Shown: piece after piece, positions 1 through 7,265 of the stretch | Numbering within the stretch: the stretch's first letter is position 1 | Layout of the letters: each line of letters opens with the position of its first letter | Origin: Candidatus Hadarchaeota archaeon | GTDB lineage: Archaea > Hadarchaeota > Hadarchaeia > Hadarchaeales > Hadarchaeaceae | Reading direction: 5' to 3' | NCBI GenBank assembly: GCA_964561735.1 | Contig: CAZLQN010000005.1 | Coordinates: 1 to 23,120, forward strand | Length of the DNA stretch: 23,120 nucleotides | The notes under the pieces: generated by a model | Told to the model about the DNA's origin: nothing | What the model saw: the letters and a program-made list of their open reading frames with translations, nothing else | Database searches by the model: none | Made by a program: the position numbers and the translations under genes

Positions 1-504
1 CCTCAGTATGTCGATGTGTTTCCCCCTTAACGTGGCGAGCGTAGCCTCCCGCCTGTCGAGCGTGACGAAGCCGATCGTTTCCTTGACCTGTAGTATCTCT
101 CGCAAAGGTTGAAGCACGAATTCTTGGTCGCAACGATACATGCGCACGGTTATCGGTTCTGGCGGCTCTATCCAGTAGAGCTGTATGTCCGAGATATCTT
201 CCCGCCCGGCGACGTTTCCGCAGAAGATCGCCATGCCGTGCTCAGGTGGATACCTATGTTTGGCGGTGTAGACGCGGAGGAACTGTATCACACGTTCGAG
301 TGCCCCCACCACGTTTTTGCGTGTCGTTTTAGATTTTATGTTGGAAGCAGTGCCCTGTTCATCGCGTAGCTGTTGCATCACCTTCGTGAGATCGAAATCT
401 GGAGTAACGTAGACCGAGATCAACTCGGTCCCGCGCCCACGCTTGTCTGCAAGATCGTCGAGCAATCGCTTGAACTGGTAGCGCTTGCGACTTTCGTCCG
501 TCAT
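1..504 (-). CDS. prf1: Peptide chain release factor aRF1, N-terminal 168 codons (gene continues beyond window start)
   Basis: Not in the ORF track because it is open-ended. The reverse strand from the ATG at 504..502 reads MTDESRKRYQFKRLLDDLADKRGRGTELISVYVTPDFDL...LRDEQGTASNIKSKTTRKNV. GRGTELIS and the NIKS motif are diagnostic of eRF1/aRF1. The listed + ORF 109..369 is its antisense shadow. Confidence 0.9.
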   Translation of the reverse strand, partial: MTDESRKRYQFKRLLDDLADKRGRGTELISVYVTPDFDLTKVMQQLRDEQGTASNIKSKTTRKNVVGALERVIQFLRVYTAKHRYPPEHGMAIFCGNVAGREDISDIQLYWIEPPEPITVRMYRCDQEFVLQPLREILQVKETIGFVTLDRREATLATLRGKHIDILR

Positions 505-573
505 TTGACTCACAAGTAATCTTCTTACCGCGAGCGTTAATAGCATGTTGTCACAATAATTTTTGGCGATAGC

Positions 574-1281
574 ATGAGGGCCACGATATGTTTTGGGGGA
601 TCGATAATGATCCCAGGACAGCCCGATGTGGACACGATTCGTACAGCGACCAATGTTTTGCGGGACCTCAAGAGGAAGGGCTACGAACTTCTGGTCGTGG
701 TCGGCGGAGGCAAGGTGGCGCGGATGTACATCGACGTCGCACGTGAGTTCAAGGCGACGAACGCGTATTGCGATGTGGTTGGGGTGGATGTGACCCGATT
801 GAACGCACGTTTGCTCATCGCAGCTCTGGGTGAAGTTGCGGAACAAAATCCGATAACGACTTTCGATGCCGCAGTCCGAGCGATGTTGCGGGGCAAGATC
901 CCAGTCATGGGTGGCACGGTGCCTGGCCACACGACCGATGCGGTCGCGGCTGAGCTTGCCGATTCCAGCAGGTCAGATCTGTTGGTCTTTTTCACGAATA
1001 TCGATGGCGTCTACACGGCGGATCCGAAGGTCAATCCTCGTGCAAGGAAATTGGGTACGATGGATTCGCATCAGCTGTTGGAACTTGTCAGAAGTGTAAA
1101 GATGGAGCCAGGCATCCAAGCGATAGTGGACCCTGTTGGAGCGAAGATAATTGACCGCGCAGGGATCAAGACTTTGGTGCTGGGAAAACACGAGATCCCA
1201 CGCTTACAAAAGATTTTAGAAGGCGCGGAACACAGTGGTACCACAATAATGCCGAGGGAGAAACGTGGTCGAAGATCATAA
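574..1281 (+). CDS. pyrH: Uridylate (UMP) kinase, archaeal type
   Basis: 235 aa. Contains FGGS..., VVVGGGKVARMYIDVAR and GHTTDAVAAELA, typical of the archaeal PyrH amino-acid-kinase fold. Confidence 0.9.
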   Translation: MRATICFGGSIMIPGQPDVDTIRTATNVLRDLKRKGYELLVVVGGGKVARMYIDVAREFKATNAYCDVVGVDVTRLNARLLIAALGEVAEQNPITTFDAAVRAMLRGKIPVMGGTVPGHTTDAVAAELADSSRSDLLVFFTNIDGVYTADPKVNPRARKLGTMDSHQLLELVRSVKMEPGIQAIVDPVGAKIIDRAGIKTLVLGKHEIPRLQKILEGAEHSGTTIMPREKRGRRS

Positions 1282-1459
1282 GCATTGCGTGGTCTGCGGC
1301 AGGGCGATTGAGCCGGATAAATTTATCTGCTCTCCCGCCTGCGAAGAGGTGATGAAAAGATCCCAGAAGCAGGCGGCGCGGATGAGATTTCTGATGATAG
1401 GGATGTTTGTGGCGCTTTTCGTCGTACTAATGGTCGTGAGCTATTTGAGACAAAGTTAG
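1265..1459 (+). CDS. Small Zn-ribbon plus C-terminal transmembrane helix protein (DUF2116-like)
   Basis: 64 aa with CVVCG...CSPAC, then the hydrophobic stretch FLMIGMFVALFVVLMVV. Overlaps the pyrH stop, which suggests translational coupling. Confidence 0.6.
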   Translation: MVEDHKHCVVCGRAIEPDKFICSPACEEVMKRSQKQAARMRFLMIGMFVALFVVLMVVSYLRQS

Positions 1460-4177
1460 GACATCCCTATCAAAATTTTTAGTGCTGGTTCAGAGATATC
1501 AATTATTTCCACTTTATGTCCAGCGCTCGCCGTCTCTCTCACCACTCTGACGTCTTCTTTGTCGATGGTGAATTTTTTCCCGTTCACGGCGATAGTTAGA
1601 TCTCCAATCTCTAGTTTTCTTGCAACATCTTCTGGGTCGGCTTCTGAAATGGCGCGCAGCACAGCTTTCGCGTCGGAACGCAAGCGTGGCCCAATTTTAG
1701 CAAAGTTTGGTTCAATCGATAGGACTCGCTCGACAACCTTTGGTTTTTCCGTCGTCACCAGAAGTTCTCGAATCTTCATTGTGCCTCGTATGTCGTCTAT
1801 GGCTTGCTCGAGAAGTTTCGCATTTTTTTCATCTGCAGCATATATCTCGACAGAAGGCAACTCGGCGCTGAGCGCTATCCCTTTCTCCGACTTGAATTGA
1901 CGGATGGTGCTGACAACTAAATTTATGAGTTCTCCCAGCTTTTCTGCGGCTTCATCTATGAATCTATCGTCCGCGACGGGCCACTCGGAGAGGTGTATGC
2001 TTGGTTGAGTGTAATTCGAGGCAAAATAATTGTGATATATCTCTTCTGCGAAATGTGGAACGAATGGTGCGAGCAACTTTGCCGCCGTCAAGATAATTTT
2101 GTAGAGCGTGAATTTTGATGCTTCCGCGGTCAAGTCCTCGCCATAGAGGCGATGTTTTACCTCTTCGATGTACATGTCGCAGAACTCATGCCAGATAAAA
2201 GTTTGTACGGCGATCAACGCGCGGTTGAATTGAAAATCCTCCAAATATGCGGTGACTTCTTTGACCAGGCGATTCATCCTGCTCAATATCCATCTATCTG
2301 TCGGTCTAAACTCAAGTTTTGATGGATCGGCGGTTGTGATGTTTACACTTTCGAAATATGGACTAGCGAATCGCGCGGCGTTCCAAAACTTGCGCATGAA
2401 TTTGTAACCGAACTCGACGTCCTTCCAAGCGAATGGAATGTCGGAGCCAGTGGAAGCGCCTATCGCGGCCCACTGCCTCAATGCGTCGGCCCCGTATCTT
2501 TCTCGAGCTTTCGTGGTGTCGACGTAGTTGCCAAGAGATTTGTGCATCGCCCTTCCGTCCGCCCCCAAGACCATGCCATTGACCAGCACGGTTTTGTATG
2601 GAACCTCGCCGACCAACGCCAGAGTGCGGACGAGCAAGTAGTAATCCCAAGTTCTAATTATGTCGGTGCCGTTCGGTTGAAGATCGGCGGGAAAGAGTCG
2701 TTTGTCTAAATTTGGCCATCCAGCGTGCGCAAGTATTGTTAGAGAGCTGTCCATCCAAGTGTCGAGCACATCCATCTCTGGGACAAATTTATCGCCACTA
2801 CATTTTTGGCATTTTTTATGAGGTTCATCTTTCGATGGGTTCACCGGTAACTGATTTTCGTCTGCGACCACTGGAGAGCCGCACTTTGAACAATACCATA
2901 CAGGGATAGGGGTCGCAAAAATGCGCTGTCTCGATATCACCCAGTCCCAGTCCATCGCCTCGGCCCACGCTATGAGGCGGGCGCGCATGTGATCGGGGAC
3001 CCAGCGCGCGCGCATGGCGCCTTCTATCACATCCTCCTTGAGATCGAGGACGCGCATGAACCACTGCTTTTTTGTTAATATTTCGACAGGCGTCTTGCAG
3101 CGCCAGCATACGCCGACGCTCTGTTTGAGTTTTTCCTGTCCACTCAACAGCCCACTTGTCTTGATTTTTTTGAGCACGAGTTCTTTGCACTCGGCAAGCG
3201 AGAGCCCCACGTACTCTCCAGCGGCCTCGCTCATGCGGCCACGCTCGTCGATGGCTTTTATGACGGGCAGCTTGTAGCGCATGGCCCAGCGGACATCCGT
3301 CTTGTCGCCGTAGGTGCATATCATCACCACGCCGGTGCCGAACTGCGGGTCGACCTCGCGATCCTCTATGATTTCTACGATTCGACCGAATACCGGAACT
3401 TCGAGTTTTTTCCCGACATATTTTTTGTAGCGTTCGTCATCGGGGTGGACGGCCACTACGACGCAGGCGTGAAGATACTCCGGGCGCGTCGTTGCGATGG
3501 TCAGAAAATCGTCTTTTCCAACAATTTTGAACTTGATATAGTTCAGCGAGCTATCGCGGTCGTCGTACTCGACTTCGGCGTCGGCTATCGCCGTCTCACA
3601 TCTCGGGCACCAGTTGACCGGATGCTCGCCGCGGTAGATCAAGCCCTTGTTGTAGAGCTGAACGAATGAGAGTTGCGTCTTGCTGTAGTAGCTGGGGTCC
3701 ATCGTGCGGTATTCTGTCGACCAGTCCATCGAGAAGCCCAGCGAGTTCATCTCCTCGCGCATGTGGGCGATGTTCTCCTCGGTGAGCTTGATGCAGAGCT
3801 CGCGGAATTTTTCAGGAGGGAGGTCGCCTTTGCGGATGCCGTAGCGCTTCTCTACTTGTACTTCCGTCGGTAGACCGTGACAGTCCCATGCAGGCCCCAT
3901 GAAATATTTTCACAGAGTTCCCTGGGGAAACAACACGTTGAAGCCGCGCATCCGCTTGTAGCGTGCGACGATATCGAAGTATGTCCAGTTGAACGCCGTC
4001 CCCATGTGAAATTCTCCGCTCGGTTCCACCCTATTAGGAATATGGCGGCGGAGTGTCGATCACATAGGTTGGTGTTTTTGCATCTTCTTTCTTGAATCTA
4101 TATATGTCTAGCTCGCTCCATCGTTGTTGCCATTTTGGCTCTACTTCGAGCGGGTTGTAATCTTTCGGAACTTCCAT
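1456..4177 (-). CDS. valS: Valyl-tRNA synthetase, split into three exons 4177..4040, 4023..3919, 3888..1456 (46+35+810 = 891 aa after removal of two BHB mini-introns)
   Basis: Exon 1 reads [20 protein letters not shown]...[10 protein letters not shown]. Exon 2 reads [35 protein letters not shown]. Exon 3 reads [14 protein letters not shown]...TTRPEYLH...WVISRQR...MHKSLGN. The joined sequence matches the archaeal ValRS N-terminal pattern PPPYP(S/T)G.LH.G...[30 protein letters not shown] as I recall it. A GGAGGTG SD lies 8 nt upstream of the ATG at 4177..4175. Read unspliced, the frame hits TAA TAG at 4036..4031 and TGA inside 3889..3918. Confidence 0.85.
3889..3918 (-). other. Putative BHB mini-intron 2 of valS (30 nt)
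   Basis: All helices are read on the minus strand. Outer helix UCCC(3928-3925)/GGGA(3887-3884). Central 4-bp helix CAGG(3924-3921)/CCUG(3894-3891). 3-nt bulges GAA(3920-3918) and CAU(3890-3888). Inner 10-bp stem CUCUGUGAAA(3917-3908)/UUUCAUGGGG(3904-3895) with an AUA loop. Cutting after the second nt of each bulge joins ...CAG GGA|UGG GAC (QG|WD). The insert contains an in-frame TGA. Confidence 0.8.
4024..4039 (-). other. Putative BHB mini-intron 1 of valS (16 nt)
   Basis: Minus strand. Outer helix CUCCGC-CG(4053-4046)/CG-A-GCGGAG(4022-4014), 8 bp with one bulged A. Central helix CCAU(4045-4042)/GUGG(4029-4026). 3-nt bulges AUU(4041-4039) and AAC(4025-4023). Inner stem CCU/AGG with an AAU loop. 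Cutting after the second bulge nt removes UCCUAAUAGGGUGGAA (includes TAA TAG), corrects the +1 frame offset and gives PPPY|PSGEFHMG. Confidence 0.8.
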
Positions 4178-4180
4178 TTA
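4130..4180 (-). repeat. Direct repeat copy A: valS start region (TAA-ATG plus codons 1-16), attached to the valS body
   Basis: 51 nt, 45/51 identical to 6231..6281. 4130-4153 is a 24-nt perfectly identical core (codons 9-16, PLEVEPKW). 4171-4180 is also identical. The 6 mismatches all lie in 4154-4170. Confidence 0.9.
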
Positions 4181-6254
4181 TGCATACACCTCCTTGTTAG
4201 TTTTTACAGGTTATCTTATATCTCTGTATCCCATTTTAGTAATAACATATTTTGACAATATTGATTCTTTCGATTTTTTGATATATCGCCCTCTACTAAT
4301 TTTATGAATATATCCCCGGTCAGACATTTCTCGCAAAGCCACGATCGCTGGCATTGTCACTCGATTTGAATTAGGAACTTGGCTGCCACCTAGCCTCGTG
4401 GATATCATTGCCGCATCAACATACCCATGCTTTAGTTGAAGGTCATTAAGAATTGGCAGAATATATCGTTCATAGCGTAAGCATTGCTCAGCTGCTTTGT
4501 TGAGTGCGGCAGATTTTCTCGCGATTCGGAACCCAACTTTTCTGTTGTATTTAATCAAATTATCTGGACCACTAATACGGAGTTGCCATTTAGCCCGTAA
4601 TTTTCCATTAAGAGTTTGATAAATCTCTAGCGGGTGAACTGTAGAAGTTATGTTTAGCCTACTGAGAATCTTTTGTTCGTCGAGGATTATTTTTGGTGGA
4701 TGATCCGTGGCATATTTTTGAACACTGTCTTGCAAACGACTGAAGGTAATCCTTTCATTAGCTTCAAGCTCGATTTTGGGTAGAAGTCCAGTAATGTCAG
4801 TAGAGCGTCGCCAATAAATGCCGTATAAATTATGCTGTGGATGATAAACAACGTGCCCTTCATCATCTCCTGTTTGTTGGAGCCAAGCGATCCATATAGT
4901 TTCTTTTTCACTTTTCATCACAAACTCGGGAATGCCGTGATAACTCTCAGCTTTGGGGCTAGTCATCACTCCTACGATTAACAAAATATCACGCACAACA
5001 GTGGGATAAATCAGATAAGTGTCTTTGCTGAAATTAACTCTATATGTTTGAGCATTTCCTCCAAAAGCAGCGATTGCATCATCGATAGCGTTCTGTATTT
5101 GTTCTGGATCTTCTTTGGCAAAATAGATTAGCGATCCATAACCATGACGAGGCCCATAGCTTCTAGTTAGAATATCATCTCCACAGGCTCTAGCGGCTGT
5201 TCGCACGAATGCAGGGTGGTAAATGTCAACAGGCAGGTGAGGGTTATGTATCCCTCGCCCATGTTTTGGGCCTATCCATATCATGTGTTTTTGGGCAGCA
5301 TCCAGAGAAAACATTGGATTATACGTGTTCAAAAAATTTAACAATTTAATCAGTTTGTCTATTCTGATACGCCTACAATATTTGAGGTGATAGAAAATAC
5401 TTTTTGGATTGCCACATAATCTAGCGGCTTTGGTGAAATTATTACTCACCAGATTTTTTATTACATTACAGATCAATTGTACATATTGCTCTGATAATAC
5501 AACAAATGTTTGTTTCGGAGGCAGATCCCAGAAATTTATTGTGTGTAACAAACTTATCCCGCGTGGTCCTGTTAGACTGTATTTAAGCGTCTTTGGGGGA
5601 GGGAGAGGTCAGTGAAAGTAATATTTAAAATATCTTCTTTAGTACTTGTGGTAACTCAGTAAAACTATGAATTTCAAAATCAAAGTCATCGTTTGATTTT
5701 TCTCGAGCAAATTTAATTGTTTTGATACCTATCTCAGATGCCGGGCGAAGATTTTTTGACCTGTCGTCTACAAAAACACAGTCTAAAGGAGATGATTGGA
5801 TTCTATTTAACAGAACATTGTAAATTCTTTTGTCAGGTTTACGATATCCGACTTCTCCACTTACAACAACGATTTTGAATAGCCTGTTTAAACCGAATTT
5901 GGTGCATAGATAGTTAGACCATTCTTTCACATCATTACTCAATATCGCTAGAAAATAATTTTTTGTCAATGGTTTTGCAACCCCAATAAAATCAGGATCT
6001 ATCTCCAAGCACGTATCGAGATACTCTCTCTCAATTTCTAGATATTCGTCACCAAAGCCCAATTCTTTCCAGAAATCGAATGATGAAATCTCTCCTAAAC
6101 TTGCCCTTAAATACATTTCATTGATTTTCTCTGCAGAGATCATTTCATTTCTTTTTTGAATATATGGCACGAGTAAATCATTCACATCATCTGTAACTTT
6201 GAAAATGACGCCCATCATATCTAGAATAACCCATTTTGGCTCTACTTCGAGCGG
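4154..6254 (-). mobile_element. About 2.1-kb AT-rich insertion inside the 5' end of valS (two genes), bounded by the valS-start direct repeats; ends ambiguous within the 24-nt core
   Basis: Base composition shifts sharply to AT-rich between about 4181 and 6230. Imperfect 51-nt direct repeats with a perfect 24-nt core flank it. The cargo is unrelated to neighbouring housekeeping genes. No recognisable tyrosine or serine recombinase is present. Confidence 0.6.
4211..5551 (-). CDS. Hypothetical protein with an apparent double LAGLIDADG-like core flanked by an N-terminal HTH-like and a C-terminal winged-helix-like region (candidate homing-endonuclease relative)
   Basis: A 446-aa ORF in AT-rich DNA is unlikely to arise by chance. 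Two LAGLIDADG-position motifs are FVRTAARACGDDILT and IWIAWLQQTGDDEGHV. The second is preceded by K....GIPEFVMKSEKE. A typical post-core signature follows: LRISGPDNLIKYNRKVGFRIARKSAALNKA. The C-terminus AIVALREMSDRGYIHKISRGRYIKK looks like a winged helix. The start is TTG in the track, so the true start is uncertain. The family call comes from motif reading only. Confidence 0.45.
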   Translation of the reverse strand: MLHTINFWDLPPKQTFVVLSEQYVQLICNVIKNLVSNNFTKAARLCGNPKSIFYHLKYCRRIRIDKLIKLLNFLNTYNPMFSLDAAQKHMIWIGPKHGRGIHNPHLPVDIYHPAFVRTAARACGDDILTRSYGPRHGYGSLIYFAKEDPEQIQNAIDDAIAAFGGNAQTYRVNFSKDTYLIYPTVVRDILLIVGVMTSPKAESYHGIPEFVMKSEKETIWIAWLQQTGDDEGHVVYHPQHNLYGIYWRRSTDITGLLPKIELEANERITFSRLQDSVQKYATDHPPKIILDEQKILSRLNITSTVHPLEIYQTLNGKLRAKWQLRISGPDNLIKYNRKVGFRIARKSAALNKAAEQCLRYERYILPILNDLQLKHGYVDAAMISTRLGGSQVPNSNRVTMPAIVALREMSDRGYIHKISRGRYIKKSKESILSKYVITKMGYRDIR

Positions 6255-6278
6255 ATCGTAATCCTTTGAGACTTCCAT
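5625..6278 (-). CDS. HAD-superfamily hydrolase (subfamily IA-like) whose first 16 codons are a copy of the valS N-terminus
   Basis: Motif I ILDMMGV (nucleophile Asp present, Asp+2 replaced by Met). Motif II LAILSND. Motif III YRKPDKRIY. Motif IV VFVDDRSKNL. N-terminus [16 protein letters not shown] equals repeat copy B. Confidence 0.8.
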   Translation of the reverse strand: MEVSKDYDPLEVEPKWVILDMMGVIFKVTDDVNDLLVPYIQKRNEMISAEKINEMYLRASLGEISSFDFWKELGFGDEYLEIEREYLDTCLEIDPDFIGVAKPLTKNYFLAILSNDVKEWSNYLCTKFGLNRLFKIVVVSGEVGYRKPDKRIYNVLLNRIQSSPLDCVFVDDRSKNLRPASEIGIKTIKFAREKSNDDFDFEIHSFTELPQVLKKIF

Positions 6279-6281
6279 TTA
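6231..6281 (-). repeat. Direct repeat copy B: displaced valS start region, now the first 16 codons of the HAD ORF
   Basis: Encodes [16 protein letters not shown] versus [16 protein letters not shown] in copy A. It is followed by G+C-rich backbone sequence on its promoter side (6282-6340). Confidence 0.9.
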
Positions 6282-6340
6282 AACCAACCAAGAATCAGGG
6301 GCCGAAAGGAAAACATCGATTAGATCGCGTGGAGATTGTT

Positions 6341-7195
6341 CTATTTTTTCCTTGCCTTCTTCACGGCCCGCATGTATTTTTTTACTCTAGATATATCGAC
6401 AGGATTTTCGTTCACCCCACCTTTTTTCAGGTCCGTCCCGACGATGATCCCGTCGGCATATTTTAGAAAATCTTTGACATTTGCAGCAGTGGTGCCGCTC
6501 CCAACGAGCACCGGCGTGTCCCCAGCAAATTCTTTGGCCTTCTTGACTTTCTCCAGCTCGGGAGCCCAACCAGTCAATTTTCCGCTGACGATGAGCGCGT
6601 CGGCGAGATATCGTTCGGTCCACAGTATATGTGTTTCCAAATCGATGCCGGGGAAAGGCACTGAATGTTTTTTGTCGACATCGGCGAAGATCTTGATGTG
6701 TTCAGCCCCCAAGTGTTTTCTCAACCTCAACAGTTCTGCAGCGCAACCGTGGTCAAATTCACCCGTGTCCCAGACCCTTGCTCCCGCCAAAAGACAAATC
6801 CGAACGAATTTCGCTCCAGAAGCAACCGCGATGGATAGCGTCACCTTTCCACCGTTGTGGATGACGTTTATCCCCGTTGGAAGGTTGGTGTTTTTGATTA
6901 CTTCCCTCGCCACGACGGCTTGTGCAGTCATCTCCTCTGGTGGCACATCCTCTCCGACGTAGTACGGATGGTCCCACATGTTCTCTACCATCAGCCCGTC
7001 AACGCCGCCCTCCTCGAGATTTTTCGCGTCGGCAAGAGCTTTCTCGATGATGGTATCCATGCCATAAAAATCGTAGCCTGGTGCGCCTGGCAAGGGTATC
7101 AGGTGGACCATCCCTACTATCGGTTTATCCACCGCGAAAATTTCTTGCAAATTTTTCATTTTCACATTATCCATTTTTTCTTTCCACTCCACCAT
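6341..7195 (-). CDS. BtpA/SgcQ-family TIM-barrel protein
   Basis: 284 aa. GMVHLIPLPGAPGY near the N-terminus and an alternating beta/alpha pattern ending in VLVGSGTT...GIIVGT, as in the BtpA family. A GGGGTG SD lies upstream. Confidence 0.75.
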   Translation of the reverse strand: MVEWKEKMDNVKMKNLQEIFAVDKPIVGMVHLIPLPGAPGYDFYGMDTIIEKALADAKNLEEGGVDGLMVENMWDHPYYVGEDVPPEEMTAQAVVAREVIKNTNLPTGINVIHNGGKVTLSIAVASGAKFVRICLLAGARVWDTGEFDHGCAAELLRLRKHLGAEHIKIFADVDKKHSVPFPGIDLETHILWTERYLADALIVSGKLTGWAPELEKVKKAKEFAGDTPVLVGSGTTAANVKDFLKYADGIIVGTDLKKGGVNENPVDISRVKKYMRAVKKARKK

Positions 7196-7265
7196 GTAGA
7201 AACACCCCTTTGTTTTTCATAGTGTGATAGAGTAATAAATTTGTTGTTAGATTCAACTCGTGACT

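Noticed and set aside
109-369. 86-aa + strand ORF at the window start
   Set aside because: It lies antisense to a clear aRF1 coding sequence (NIKS motif) that runs off the window edge, so it is a shadow ORF.
1456-3900. ORF-track model of the synthetase as an 814-aa protein starting [13 protein letters not shown]
   Set aside because: That Met lies inside the 30-nt insertion. The model lacks the whole HIGH-motif region. That region is present upstream in two further in-frame segments (exons 4177..4040 and 4023..3919) once the two BHB segments are removed.
3889-4177. valS 5' region as a simple pseudogene (frameshift plus nonsense)
   Set aside because: Both lesions are discrete insertions placed exactly between conserved residues. 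Each forms a canonical BHB whose standard cut sites restore the frame. Random decay would not produce this twice. Pseudogene status remains the formal alternative until RNA data exist.
4130-6281. The whole 2.1-kb AT-rich segment as one giant BHB intron of valS
   Set aside because: Its ends are direct repeats, not complementary sequences, and I could not draw a bulge-helix-bulge across the junctions. Recombinational insertion explains the duplication better.
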